Positions 35,293 through 45,759 are shown, counted from the first letter of the whole stretch. The stretch is DNA of 59,981 nt, filler included, from 8 parts of 8 records of this genome joined end to end with filler, not necessarily neighbours in it; one strand, 5' to 3'. Made by a program: numbers and translations. Notes: generated from the sequence alone by a model not told the origin.

Positions 35293-38121
35293 ATGTATCG
35301 TTATCTTCTTGTTGTAATTTTTGCTGCAATATTTTGCAGTGCCTGCAACACAAAAACTACAAATGAAATTGAATTAGCCGGAGAATGGCAATTCAAAATA
35401 GACAACAGCGATGTTGGAGAAAAAGAACAATGGTTTAACCAGGATTTTGAAGAGATTGTTCATCTTCCGGGATCGATGGTTGAAAACGGAAAAGGTTTTG
35501 ACATTACCATGGAAACCCAATGGATAGGTGGAGTTATGAATAAAGAGTGGTACAAACATCCTTTTTATGCTCCTTATCACGACGATAATAATGTACGTTT
35601 TCCGTTTTGGCTCCAGCCAGAAAAAAAATACACCGGAGCCGCTTGGTACAAAAAAACACTAACTGTACCCGATAACTGGGCCGGCAAACCGGTATTTATA
35701 AACCTGGAACGACCACACTGGGAGTCTGTGGTTTGGGTGAACGGGCAAAAAGTTGGTCTTCAAAACAGCCTGGCAACTCCTCATGTTTATGGCATTACCG
35801 AATTTTTAAAACCGGGTGAAAACAGCATTACTATCCGCATCGACAACCGTATTAAAAATTTTGATGTTGGAGAAAACTCTCACAGTATTTCTGACCATAC
35901 CCAATCGAACTGGAACGGAATTGTTGGTGATTTATCGCTAAGTGTTAAGAATGAAATATTTGTTGAAAGAACTGACATTTTTCCGAATGCCGAAACAAAA
36001 AGCATTGAGGTAAAACTTAGCGTTTTAAATACTAGCGAAAAAGAAGAAAATATCTCTATACCGGTTTTTGCTCAGTTGAAAAACGGAGATGCCTCAACAG
36101 CGAAAGAAAACTACATGTTCTCAGTTGATCCCGGTAAAAACATGCTAAGCTTTAATTACAAATTAGGCGATGATGCTTTGTTGTGGGACGAATTTAATCC
36201 GAATGTGTACAACCTTGTTCTGGAGTTAAAATCGGAATTTGGAACCGAAAAAATAGCAGAGGTTTTTGGGTTACGCGATTTTGCAGTTGATGGTACACGT
36301 TTTACGATAAACAATCGCCCGGTATTTTTACGTGGTACACTAGAATGTGCCATTTTTCCAAAAACAGGCTACCCTCCCACCGAAATTGCCGGTTGGGAAA
36401 AGGTATATTCAGCTGTAAAAGCACACGGGCTTAACCATGTTCGCTTTCATTCGTGGTGTCCTCCCAAAGCAGCTTTTGATGCGGCCGACAAAATGGGTAT
36501 TTTCCTTCAAGTTGAATGCTCATCGTGGGCCAACCAAAGCACCGAACTCGGGAGCGGATTTGGCGTTGACCAATACATTTGGGATGAAAGCAAACGAATT
36601 GTGAAAGCATACGGAAACCATCCTTCGTTTGTAATGATGGCCTATGGAAACGAACCCGGAGGCCCGAATTATAAAGAATACTTAAGCGAATTTGTAAACT
36701 ACTGGAAAGAAACTGACAATCGCAGATTGTACACCAGTGCTGCAGGATGGCCGGCAATAGCTGCCAACCAATACCATAATCTTCCTGATGCACGTATTCA
36801 GGCCTGGGGGCAAGGATTAAACAGCATGATCAACAACGAGCCTCCAACAACCAATTTCGACTGGACAAATAAAATGCCCAAAGATGATAAACCTGTAGTG
36901 AGCCACGAAATTGGACAGTGGTGTGTTTACCCGAATTTTAAAGAAATAGAAAAATATACCGGGGTGCTAAAAGCCAAAAACTTTGATTTTTTCAGGGAAA
37001 GCCTTAATGCTCATAACATGGGGCATTTGGCCGACAGCTTTTTATTGGCATCGGGTAAATTACAGGCACTTTGTTACAAGGCTGATATTGAAGCGGCCTT
37101 ACGAACTCCAGGATTTGGTGGTTTCCAACTGCTCGACTTGCACGATTTCCCCGGACAGGGAACTGCGCTAGTGGGTGTGCTCGATCCTTTCTGGGAAGAA
37201 AAAGGATATATCTCGCCCGAAGAATACAGCCGTTTTTGCAATGCTACTGTTCCGCTGGCCCGATTAGATAAAAGAGTTTTTAAAGAAGGAGAAACAATGA
37301 CAGCAGCGATTGAAGTGGCTCATTTTGGGGAGTTCGCTTTGGACGGTGTTAATCCAACCTGGGAAATTACCGACCAGGGAAATGTTGTTGCCAACGGAAC
37401 TTTTGGGCAACGCGACATAGAAATTGGAAATGGCATTTCGCTTGGTCAGTTAAATTACCAGTTTCAGAAAGAAAACAACGCTCGTAAACTTACTTTAACT
37501 GTTAGCGTTGAAGGATTTTCAAATCATTGGGATATATGGGTTTACCCGGAGATTTCTGCAGTTGAGAACGATGAAATATTGGTAAGCGAATCGTTGGACA
37601 ACAAAACATTACAATACCTTACAAATGGCGGGAAAGTACTGCTTAGCTTGGGAAAAGGCAAAGTAGCCTCGGCAATGGGCGGTGATGTTGGTGTTGGCTT
37701 TTCAAGTATTTTCTGGAACACCGCATGGACCAGTAATCAAAAGCCACATACATTGGGAATTCTTTGCAATCCTGCCCATCCGGCACTGGAATATTTTCCA
37801 AGCGAATACCATTCGAACTGGCAATGGTGGGATGCCATGCACCACGCCGATGCTATTCAGTTGGATTCGTTTTCGGCAGAACTCAAACCGATTGTGAGAA
37901 TAATTGATGATTGGGTATCGAACCGAAGACTAGCCCTGCTACTTGAAGCACAGGTTGGCAAAGGTAAAATTTTGATTAGCGGAACCGATCTCAAAAACGA
38001 TTTGGAAAACCGACCAGAGGCACAACAACTATTGTTTAGCCTTAAAAAATACATGCTGGCAGAAGAATTTAAACCAGCGAATGAGCTAAAAAAAGAAGAA
38101 TTGTTAAGCATTTTAAAATAA
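35293..38121 (+). CDS. Glycoside hydrolase family 2 lipoprotein
   Basis: Lipobox-like CSAC, sugar-binding domain (YTGAAWY, WNGIVG), GLNHVRFHSW, NHPS...GNE and HEIGQW. Confidence 0.9.
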   Translation: MYRYLLVVIFAAIFCSACNTKTTNEIELAGEWQFKIDNSDVGEKEQWFNQDFEEIVHLPGSMVENGKGFDITMETQWIGGVMNKEWYKHPFYAPYHDDNNVRFPFWLQPEKKYTGAAWYKKTLTVPDNWAGKPVFINLERPHWESVVWVNGQKVGLQNSLATPHVYGITEFLKPGENSITIRIDNRIKNFDVGENSHSISDHTQSNWNGIVGDLSLSVKNEIFVERTDIFPNAETKSIEVKLSVLNTSEKEENISIPVFAQLKNGDASTAKENYMFSVDPGKNMLSFNYKLGDDALLWDEFNPNVYNLVLELKSEFGTEKIAEVFGLRDFAVDGTRFTINNRPVFLRGTLECAIFPKTGYPPTEIAGWEKVYSAVKAHGLNHVRFHSWCPPKAAFDAADKMGIFLQVECSSWANQSTELGSGFGVDQYIWDESKRIVKAYGNHPSFVMMAYGNEPGGPNYKEYLSEFVNYWKETDNRRLYTSAAGWPAIAANQYHNLPDARIQAWGQGLNSMINNEPPTTNFDWTNKMPKDDKPVVSHEIGQWCVYPNFKEIEKYTGVLKAKNFDFFRESLNAHNMGHLADSFLLASGKLQALCYKADIEAALRTPGFGGFQLLDLHDFPGQGTALVGVLDPFWEEKGYISPEEYSRFCNATVPLARLDKRVFKEGETMTAAIEVAHFGEFALDGVNPTWEITDQGNVVANGTFGQRDIEIGNGISLGQLNYQFQKENNARKLTLTVSVEGFSNHWDIWVYPEISAVENDEILVSESLDNKTLQYLTNGGKVLLSLGKGKVASAMGGDVGVGFSSIFWNTAWTSNQKPHTLGILCNPAHPALEYFPSEYHSNWQWWDAMHHADAIQLDSFSAELKPIVRIIDDWVSNRRLALLLEAQVGKGKILISGTDLKNDLENRPEAQQLLFSLKKYMLAEEFKPANELKKEELLSILK

Positions 38122-38137
38122 GCCAAATTTTTATTTG

Positions 38138-38938
38138 ATGAAAGTTAAAGCCTGGAAAGAACAGGTCACTATTCCAACCTATGGAATTGGAAAGCCTGAG
38201 AAAAATCCAATGTTTCTGGAAAAACGTGTTTATCAGGGAAGTAGCGGCGTTGTATATCCCCATCCTGTTATTGAAAAAATTCTGGATGAAAAAGAAGACA
38301 AAGTATATCAGGCAATTTACCTGGAAAACGACTATGTGAAGATAATGCTACTGCCCGAGCTTGGCGGAAGAGTGCAAATGGCTTGGGACAAAATAAAACA
38401 GAGGCATTTTGTGTATTACAACCAGGTTATAAAACCGGCTTTGGTAGGACTTACAGGCCCCTGGATTTCAGGAGGAATTGAGTTTAACTGGCCACAGCAC
38501 CATCGCCCTTCAACCTTTGAACCTACTGATTTTAAGATTGAAGAAAACAAGGATGGAAGTATAACCGTTTGGTGCAACGAACTGGAACGTATGTTCCGAA
38601 CCCGTGGCATGGCTGGTTTTACGCTTTATCCCGACAAAGCTTACCTGGAGATAAAGGTAAAATTGTACAACCGCACCAAACATCCGCAAACCTTTTTGTG
38701 GTGGGCCAATCCGGCAGTAAAAGTTAACGACGAATATCAGTCGGTATTTCCACCCGATGTAAATGCAGTTTTTGATCATGGAAAACGCGATGTTTCCGAA
38801 TTCCCAATCGCCAAAGGAACTTATTACAAAGTAGATTATTCTCCCGGAACTGATATTTCGCGCTATAAAAATATACCGGTTCCCACATCGTATATGGCCA
38901 TTACATCGGATTATAATTTTGTTGGAGGTTACGAAAAC
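38138..38938 (+). CDS. DUF5107-domain protein (3'-truncated)
   Basis: EKRVYQGSSGVVYP, LPELGGR and GPWISGGIEFNWPQHHRP. Runs into the linker. Confidence 0.85.
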
Positions 38939-39038
38939 NNNNNNNNNNNNNNNNNNNNNNNNNNNNNNNNNNNNNNNNNNNNTTAATTAATTAANNNNNN
39001 NNNNNNNNNNNNNNNNNNNNNNNNNNNNNNNNNNNNNN
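38939..39038. other. Artificial contig linker
   Basis: N44-TTAATTAATTAA-N44. Confidence 0.99.
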
Positions 39039-39051
39039 CCAGGAGGTTAGA

Positions 39052-39843
39052 ATGAGAACGATCACAACACATCCAAGGCTGGGAATACATTTCATGAAAA
39101 ATGACTGTAGTTCGTCCTGGATTCAGCCCCTGAATGCTCTACAAGGAATTCATGTGCAGGAAACAGAACAACAGAAGCCTGATACCACACAGCGGGTATT
39201 CATGTTAACGAACCACCTCGTGAATACACGACTCTCGGCAATTGCCCTGTCGCTGGACACGCAGGTGGAGTACACCGCCACCCCTCGAGAGTTGATCGAG
39301 AGCATCAACCGTCACAAGTGGGGAATCGTGCTGGTATCATTTCGTGGTTCTGAAAGAACAGCAACCCAAGCCCATCCAATCTGGAACGTGTTGGCCGGCC
39401 TGAGGGAAAACAATATCACGATCCCGGTAGTCGTCGAAGCAGAAAACCTAAGCACGAACGATGTCGTAAACCTGATGAAAGCAGGAGTACATGACGTCCT
39501 GCTAGAGTCATCAACGCCGAATCTCTGCAAGAAAAGCCTGACCAAGGCGTTCTCAACGGGTACGGAATGCTGGAAGCGCTGGAAAGCCACTCAACAATTC
39601 AGAAATCTGTGGAACCTTCTGACCACTCGAGAGATGGAAGTCACCCAGTACGTTCTTCGAGGATGGGCAAGCAGAGACATTGCAGGCAGCATGAACGTCA
39701 GCCTGAAAACCATTGAAACCCATCGTGCCAATGTTCTTCGTAAAACACAGACAAAAGGAACCATGGACCTGTACAGGCAAGCCCTGGGAGCTGGTCTGAT
39801 CGATGCAGAAATCCATGCTAGCGATCCAGTTGAACAGAATTAA
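39052..39843 (+). CDS. FixJ/LuxR-type regulator with degenerate receiver domain
   Basis: C-terminal LuxR HTH (LTTREMEV...IAGSMNVSLKTIETHRANVLRK) preceded by a REC-like region. AGGAGG RBS upstream. Confidence 0.85.
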   Translation: MRTITTHPRLGIHFMKNDCSSSWIQPLNALQGIHVQETEQQKPDTTQRVFMLTNHLVNTRLSAIALSLDTQVEYTATPRELIESINRHKWGIVLVSFRGSERTATQAHPIWNVLAGLRENNITIPVVVEAENLSTNDVVNLMKAGVHDVLLESSTPNLCKKSLTKAFSTGTECWKRWKATQQFRNLWNLLTTREMEVTQYVLRGWASRDIAGSMNVSLKTIETHRANVLRKTQTKGTMDLYRQALGAGLIDAEIHASDPVEQN

Positions 39844-39921
39844 ATGCAATCCGGAGAGGTATGAGGTTCTCTGGCTCAATCAAAAAACACTTTGAACCCT
39901 GAGCAGATCCTCGAACTTGAA

Positions 39922-39963
39922 GCATGACGGCCAACGGTTCATCCGTTGGCCGTCACGCTTTTT
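39922..39963 (+). terminator. Rho-independent terminator
   Basis: TGACGGCCAACGG-TTCAT-CCGTTGGCCGTCA stem followed by a T-run. Confidence 0.85.
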
Positions 39964-40140
39964 ACCAGCAGGCATCACCTCCCTATTCTCGAAAGAGAAG
40001 CTGTCTACATCTGCTTACAAACCATATTTCCTTAATCAGCAAACACTTAAGATAGATTCGCAGAAGATCTGAAATTTCCTTTGGCTCTGATTGGTTTATG
40101 ATATATAATTATGATAGCACTTTGATATGGAGATACTATA

Positions 40141-41031
40141 ATGCTCGATATGACAAAAGAAAAGAACGTCAGTACATTCAGTGGCTGGGGCATGCTTCTT
40201 CTGTTGTTGCTGATGGCAGGATTCTGCTTCTGGTTGATTCGGAACTCTATACACCCCGGATTTGAAGGTTTTACTCTCTGGAAGCTGGTTACAGGAATCA
40301 CCCTTTCCCTGATATGGTTTACCCTGACAGCGGGTTTTTTTACGTTGCAGCCCAACGTGTCAGCGGTGCTTATTCTTTTCGGTCAATATAAAGGGACGAA
40401 CCGCCAGCAGGGATTTCGCTGGACGAATCCTTTCATGACGGTGAAAAAGGTCTCGCTTCGAGCTCACAACCTCAATGGCGACAAACTCAAAGTCAATGAT
40501 AAACGTGGAAATCCCATCGAGATTGCCGTCGTGGTTGTCTGGCGAGTAGATGATACCGCCCAGGCAAGCTTCGATGTCGAGAATTACTTTGAATATGTTC
40601 AGGTACAAAGTGAATCGGCAGTCAGACACCTTGCCACGAAACACCCATACGACCAGGCAAGCGATGCTGAAGAAATAACGCTTCGGGGCAGTATTGATGA
40701 AATCTCAGAAGACCTGCAGATCGAGTTGAGCCAGCGACTGGATAAAGCAGGCGTCATCGTGGATGAGGCGCGAATCAGTCATCTTGCCTATGCCCCTGAA
40801 ATCGCCAGTGCAATGCTTCAACGGCAACAAGCGCAGGCCATTGTTGCGGCTCGGCGTCTGATCGTCGAAGGAGCCGTCGGCATGGTCGAGATGGCCCTGG
40901 AGCACATGGAAGAACACAAAACGATCCAGCTGGATGAAGAACGAAAAGCCGTTATGGTAAGCAACCTGCTGGTCGTGTTATGCGGCGATAAATCTGCACA
41001 TCCAGTGGTAAATGCCGGCTCATTGTATTAA
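40141..41031 (+). CDS. SPFH/Band 7 domain membrane protein
   Basis: Two TMs, [31 protein letters not shown] and [10 protein letters not shown]. Confidence 0.92.
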   Translation: MLDMTKEKNVSTFSGWGMLLLLLLMAGFCFWLIRNSIHPGFEGFTLWKLVTGITLSLIWFTLTAGFFTLQPNVSAVLILFGQYKGTNRQQGFRWTNPFMTVKKVSLRAHNLNGDKLKVNDKRGNPIEIAVVVVWRVDDTAQASFDVENYFEYVQVQSESAVRHLATKHPYDQASDAEEITLRGSIDEISEDLQIELSQRLDKAGVIVDEARISHLAYAPEIASAMLQRQQAQAIVAARRLIVEGAVGMVEMALEHMEEHKTIQLDEERKAVMVSNLLVVLCGDKSAHPVVNAGSLY

Positions 41032-41125
41032 AAAGCTGGCACGCTGAGTTCATGAATACATGCAAGAGCGATTGTTTGATTCGCTCTTGCTTCTGTGCAG
41101 CCAACAGGGATATCTATCTGAGCAA

Positions 41126-41305
41126 ATGGCCGAAAAGAAATCAATCCTGTTACGACTCCCACCCGAACTGTGGGAAAACATCAAGCACATAGCCGACTCA
41201 GAGCTTCGCAGTGTGAACGCCCAGATAGAATACATCCTTCGCCAGGAAGTACTCAAGCGCAGAGGAAAAGAGAACAATCCTCGACAAGCAGATATCGAAG
41301 ACTGA
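41126..41305 (+). CDS. Arc/ribbon-helix-helix DNA-binding protein
   Basis: KKSILLRLPPELWE...ELRSVNAQIEYIL, directly downstream of the SPFH gene. Confidence 0.85.
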   Translation: MAEKKSILLRLPPELWENIKHIADSELRSVNAQIEYILRQEVLKRRGKENNPRQADIED

Positions 41306-41313
41306 TTTTCTTA

Positions 41314-41802
41314 CTACTCAATCTGGGAAAGCAGTACGACGTAATTCTTCCCGTACTGTTTTGCGCACTTCGGGCAGGTCGTGTAATAGCTGTAGGATTT
41401 CTTTGCCTGTTTGCCCTTGGATTTGACCCAGTCGGCCATCGCCAGGCACCAGTTTCGTTCGTTTTTGAAATGTCCTTCGAAGACTTTGGAGAGAAACGTC
41501 CCTTCAATGCGGACGTTTTCGGCGTCCGGAACTTCGTGCGGCACTTCGATGTAGATGTCCATGTTCCAGAGAGAGGTATGCTCAGCCAGCACCGGGGGTG
41601 GTTCCGGAGTAAAGGCCTTGGCTTTCTCGATTTTCCCCATGGATCGGATCATTGTTTTGCCGAAGCCGACCGGAATGTGGAACAGGCAAAACACCTTGTC
41701 CTTGATGAACCGCTTGTTCTCCCAGCGAAGTTCCTTTTCGTCCCACGGTTCAGGCTCAAAACGCGGACAGCAACCGGTTTCGGATTGATACGGATTCTGC
41801 AT
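41314..41802 (-). CDS. Conserved hypothetical protein (GyrI-like fold suspected, Cys motifs)
   Basis: GCCPRF, VFEG and YYTTCPKCAK. Confidence 0.7.
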   Translation of the reverse strand: MQNPYQSETGCCPRFEPEPWDEKELRWENKRFIKDKVFCLFHIPVGFGKTMIRSMGKIEKAKAFTPEPPPVLAEHTSLWNMDIYIEVPHEVPDAENVRIEGTFLSKVFEGHFKNERNWCLAMADWVKSKGKQAKKSYSYYTTCPKCAKQYGKNYVVLLSQIE

Positions 41803-41902
41803 GACGTGTCCTCCACTATCAGTGTATCCCTTGCCCTGTCAGGATACCTTACTTTACCCTAACAGACAACTACAGTCAAGAACTCGTCACATTTTTTCAT
41901 AT

Positions 41903-42358
41903 TCAGTTTGATTTCTTGCCGGTCATGCTGTCGATTACGACCTTGAATACTGTTGTTTTTTGCATGCTTTTTTCGGAGAATGTGAACTCCAGATCCGAGT
42001 ACTGCTTCATGATCTGGTGAAGTGCCATCGTTTTTTCTTCGTCGGATTCAACGAATTCGACAGAACCGAACCCTATCACGCTTCGATACTGCACACCCCA
42101 GTTGCATGCTTCTTTCCCCGGTTGGATTTCCACACCCGCTTCCATCTCGAAACAAACTTTCGGATTCTTTCGAAGAATATCGATCTTCTTTCCTTCCGCC
42201 GCGCAGTGGAAGTACAGCGTCCTCTCCCGATACCCGAAGTTCAGAGGCACGACATATGGCTGATCTCCATCCGCCATCGCAAGGTGGCAGACCAGGGATT
42301 CGCGAATGACCGCTTCCATTGGTTCCTGATTTGAGATTTGTTTTTCAGCTCTTCTCAT
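41903..42358 (-). CDS. Pyridoxamine 5'-phosphate oxidase-like flavin-binding protein (NimA-like)
   Basis: MRR.EK, PYVVPLNFGY, YFHCA.EGKK, NPKVCF and YRSVIGFG. Confidence 0.9.
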   Translation of the reverse strand: MRRAEKQISNQEPMEAVIRESLVCHLAMADGDQPYVVPLNFGYRERTLYFHCAAEGKKIDILRKNPKVCFEMEAGVEIQPGKEACNWGVQYRSVIGFGSVEFVESDEEKTMALHQIMKQYSDLEFTFSEKSMQKTTVFKVVIDSMTGKKSN

Positions 42359-42374
42359 GATCAAGCCTTTCTCA

Positions 42375-42959
42375 TTATTCAGGCAGAAAACGACAAATAA
42401 GATCATAGTCATGTGCAGTAGCAAGAACAGGAATGGGTTTGACTAAGCAACCTTCCTTTACTGAGTTCCCAATCAACTCCTCGAACCGGCAAATCACCAG
42501 CATGTCAAGGATTTCGAATGCTTCATCGAGGTGAGGTTTGCTTTTCCAAATTTCATTTTCATGCCTCCAGGAATAGATTTCCTGAACATGCTCCATACCC
42601 ACAAGCGTTATCTCCGGACAATCTTCTGACTGCCAATCACTTAACCAATCCAAATCGTCGTTATCACTCGAATAACTGTCAAATGCGAAAAAATTGAAGA
42701 ACCATCGATCGTAATTAATATCAAACCCATTCATTTCACCATAAACGGATTCGACTGAAAACTGTTTCTGATGGTCTTCAATAAATGTATTCAACACCTT
42801 TAGAATTTCACTTGTCGAGTTCAAAAAACGAAGACCTGGCACCGCCGAAAAAACTTCTTTATCGAATTTCCCTAATTCCTCTTCCAGATATTGAATCGCA
42901 CCATCAATATCCATAGTTGAGAAGTAGCTTTCTATTTTCTTCCACAGTGCCATATTCAT
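42375..42959 (-). CDS. Hypothetical acidic protein
   Basis: 194-aa ORF collinear with its neighbours, rich in D/E and W/F/Y, with no recognised family. Confidence 0.7.
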   Translation of the reverse strand: MNMALWKKIESYFSTMDIDGAIQYLEEELGKFDKEVFSAVPGLRFLNSTSEILKVLNTFIEDHQKQFSVESVYGEMNGFDINYDRWFFNFFAFDSYSSDNDDLDWLSDWQSEDCPEITLVGMEHVQEIYSWRHENEIWKSKPHLDEAFEILDMLVICRFEELIGNSVKEGCLVKPIPVLATAHDYDLICRFLPE

Positions 42960-43049
42960 ATTCGAGTTCCCCGCTTGAGAATTGTTTTCATTAAAAAAGC
43001 ACAGTGACCATCATCACTGTGCTTTAGAAACTAAACCGGGTTGTACCAC

Positions 43050-44390
43050 TTACGCATGTGCCTCGCAACCACCGCCACATGAGGTATGTGACTGTGCTCT
43101 TCGGAACGCGTCGGCCTGCAGCACGAATGCCTCCAGTCGTGTATCCAGGCTCGGATCTTTCTGGCCGTCGTAGGCGATCGAGATCGACGGGATTCCACCG
43201 TTGTCTTCCGACAACTGTTTCATGATTCCGCCGACCACTGTCGAGGGCATGCATGTGAACGGCATCACGTTGACCAGACCGTGGAAGCCATGACGGGCGT
43301 ATTCGATCATCTTGCCGACGCTGACGCAGGCTTCGCCTTCGAAGGTATCGCCGATGTAGTCGTTGGCCGGGCCGAGGATTTCTGACATCTCCGGCTCGAT
43401 GGCGTTGGGCAGGAAGTCCTTGAACTTCTCCGCCAGGCGACGTTCCATCTTCTTCTGGTAATGGGCGGTCATCTTGTTCTTGAGCCACAGCTTCAGCGAC
43501 TTCTCGCGCCAGGAGGTCCGTTCGCGGGTGAAGTTCGTGTAGTAAATCCACTCGGTGAACGAAGCCAGGTCCACTTCAGCCCCAAGACGCTCAAGATGAC
43601 GGACAAGGTCCTGGTTGCTGAAGGTGTGGGAGCGAACGTAGATCTCGCCCACGATCCCGATCTTCGGTCGTCTGACGGACTTGTCCACATCAATGTCGAA
43701 GAACATGTCTGCCGCTTCGTCGGCAAACTCATAGACATCCGATTCCGATACATTCTTCGCGATCAGTTCACACAATCCATCCAAGCAATCCTGGTAGACC
43801 TTATCGGTATCGCCCGGATTTACTTCATATGGCCGGGTTGCATACTTGGCTTTGCTGAAGATTTCGACTGCCGCGATGCCGATCCAGGCCAGTCTGGTCG
43901 GATCGGTCGTGAACGCGGTGAAATCCTTATAAAACGACTTGTCCTGGGTCGGGGCAATGACCGGAATCTCGCTCAAGCCTTCTTCCTGCAGGACGACCTT
44001 CTGGTAGCAATTGTACTGCCCGAACCGGCAGGGTCCGCTACCGCCCGGCATGAAGAACGCAGCCTTGTCCGGGTTGAATCCATCCTCACGGCACTTCTTT
44101 AACATATCGCCTGTCGTGACGATACAGGGCAGGCATTCTTTACCCGTTGTGTGCCGACGTCCCAGTGAAAGAGTTTCTTCCGTTGCCATCGGAAGCACTT
44201 CTGCAGGCTGGCCGCATCCTTCGAATGCCGCTCTCAGGGCATATGAGGCGTCACCCATCCACGGGATATAGACCGTCTTGTGGTCGTAGGACACCCGCTT
44301 CTTGGTATAGAGTGTTTTTTCTTCGCCCTGGGAGATTTCGTCTGCGTGCTCAAGACTTTCGAGGAACGCTTCCAGACGCGTGACGACTCC
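43050..44390 (-). CDS. C-terminal part of a 2-hydroxyacyl-CoA dehydratase/activase-related multidomain protein (5'-truncated)
   Basis: The frame stays open to the contig edge (GVVTRLEAFLESL...). It has ECLPC, GPCRFGQY, IGIVGEIYVR, PFTCMP and TRLEAF. Confidence 0.85.
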   Translation of the reverse strand, partial: GVVTRLEAFLESLEHADEISQGEEKTLYTKKRVSYDHKTVYIPWMGDASYALRAAFEGCGQPAEVLPMATEETLSLGRRHTTGKECLPCIVTTGDMLKKCREDGFNPDKAAFFMPGGSGPCRFGQYNCYQKVVLQEEGLSEIPVIAPTQDKSFYKDFTAFTTDPTRLAWIGIAAVEIFSKAKYATRPYEVNPGDTDKVYQDCLDGLCELIAKNVSESDVYEFADEAADMFFDIDVDKSVRRPKIGIVGEIYVRSHTFSNQDLVRHLERLGAEVDLASFTEWIYYTNFTRERTSWREKSLKLWLKNKMTAHYQKKMERRLAEKFKDFLPNAIEPEMSEILGPANDYIGDTFEGEACVSVGKMIEYARHGFHGLVNVMPFTCMPSTVVGGIMKQLSEDNGGIPSISIAYDGQKDPSLDTRLEAFVLQADAFRRAQSHTSCGGGCEAHA

Positions 44391-44490
44391 NNNNNNNNNN
44401 NNNNNNNNNNNNNNNNNNNNNNNNNNNNNNNNNNTTAATTAATTAANNNNNNNNNNNNNNNNNNNNNNNNNNNNNNNNNNNNNNNNNNNN
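44391..44490. other. Artificial contig linker
   Basis: N44-TTAATTAATTAA-N44. Confidence 0.99.
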
Positions 44491-44736
44491 ATGGGTGCCG
44501 CGTTATTGGATTTGGAAGATCCTTCGAAAGTATTGTTCCGCACGCAGCCCTACTTGTTGGCTCCTGCTGCACCTTACGAATTGGCTGGCGATGTTCCAAA
44601 TGTGGTATTCCCTTGTGCGGCCTTAAACAATGGCGAGAAAATTGCCGTTTATTATGGCGCTGCCGATACTGTAACAGGTATGGCTTTTGGTTATTTGAAT
44701 GAAATTATAGAATTTATAAAAAAGCATTCGGTTTAA
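44491..44736 (+). CDS. C-terminal fragment of a GH130 mannoside phosphorylase
   Basis: [27 protein letters not shown] and YYGAADT. Confidence 0.88.
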   Translation: MGAALLDLEDPSKVLFRTQPYLLAPAAPYELAGDVPNVVFPCAALNNGEKIAVYYGAADTVTGMAFGYLNEIIEFIKKHSV

Positions 44737-44766
44737 CAGAAACAACCTGTAGGATATTTTATACAA

Positions 44767-44802
44767 AGAGGTGCGATTGATTTTCGTGCCTCTATTTTTT
44801 TT
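44767..44802 (+). terminator. Rho-independent terminator
   Basis: AGAGGTGCGA/TCGTGCCTCT stem with two G-U pairs, followed by a T-run. Confidence 0.65.
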
Positions 44803-44902
44803 ACGGCCTCAAAGAATTATCATAAATTCCAATACCTGCTAGCTACGGATTATTAGCATTTGCAAAACAACATCTTTACTGTGGCAATATCATATATTTT
44901 AA

Positions 44903-45421
44903 TTATTTCACCCCTTTAACAGCCGCCAATACCAAATCAGTAATATCTTCGCTTTCGGGTGAAATATAAGCTACTGCCCCATTACTAACATCAAGTATAT
45001 AGGTAAAATTTTGTGCTCCTGCAATATTGGCAACTTCTTGGTTTATCATTTGATAAACAGGCTGAATCAACTCCATGTTACGTTGTTGCAGGCGTTGCTG
45101 GGCAGAAGCATTAAATTCCTGAATCTTTTGTGCCTGTTCCATTATAGCCTTTTGTTTGGTTTCTTTTACAAAATCAGAGTAGCCCTCACTTTCCTCTTCA
45201 AACTTTTTAATGTCGGCCTCCTGTCCCTCCAACATTTCAGCATAAATCTCTTCCATATCTTTAGCTTCCTTTTCAATAATGGCCCGGATACTGTCCATTT
45301 CTGGATGTTTTTGAACCAACTCCTGAACATTTACATGCCCAATTTTTAACGGTTGCTGAGCTTTTGTTGCGACAGCGAATACAAAAAGAGAAATAACAAA
45401 AAGTAAAATACGGTTCTTCAT
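44903..45421 (-). CDS. OmpH/Skp periplasmic chaperone
   Basis: Signal peptide, KIGHVN, a coiled coil and YILD...DITD. Confidence 0.9.
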   Translation of the reverse strand: MKNRILLFVISLFVFAVATKAQQPLKIGHVNVQELVQKHPEMDSIRAIIEKEAKDMEEIYAEMLEGQEADIKKFEEESEGYSDFVKETKQKAIMEQAQKIQEFNASAQQRLQQRNMELIQPVYQMINQEVANIAGAQNFTYILDVSNGAVAYISPESEDITDLVLAAVKGVK

Positions 45422-45710
45422 TTCGCTTGTTTTAGATTTTTTATCAAAGATGAGTTAAAAATGGTTGGTTTGCTGCAAAGAGAAGTTAATTATAAGCCCC
45501 CAAAACGTTAACAAAAATAAAGAAGAATACTATTATTCTTAAATTATGTTACAGTTTTTAACCGATGTAAATAAGAAGTATAATTGATTAAATTGAATCT
45601 TGACCCGGAGGGTAATATTTTTTCAGGAAAAGAGAAGGGACACTAGTTTTACTTAAAGATACAGCACTGTCAGCTATTATTTGTAGTTTTTAATGTCTGT
45701 TTAAAGAATT

Positions 45711-45735
45711 AAAAAAGGGCGTAAAACGCCCCTTT
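45711..45735 (-). terminator. Rho-independent terminator
   Basis: GGGCGT-AAA-ACGCCC hairpin with an A-run on its left, downstream of the minus-strand gene ending at 45760. Confidence 0.7.
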
Positions 45736-45759
45736 ATATCTAGCTCGAAATCGGTAATA

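Noticed and set aside
41170-41862. 230-aa plus-strand ORF
   Set aside because: It overlaps the Arc gene and lies antisense to the conserved 41314-41802 gene.
43050-44294. Stand-alone 414-aa gene starting at GTG 44294
   Set aside because: The frame continues without a stop to the contig edge at 44390, so it is the tail of a larger protein.
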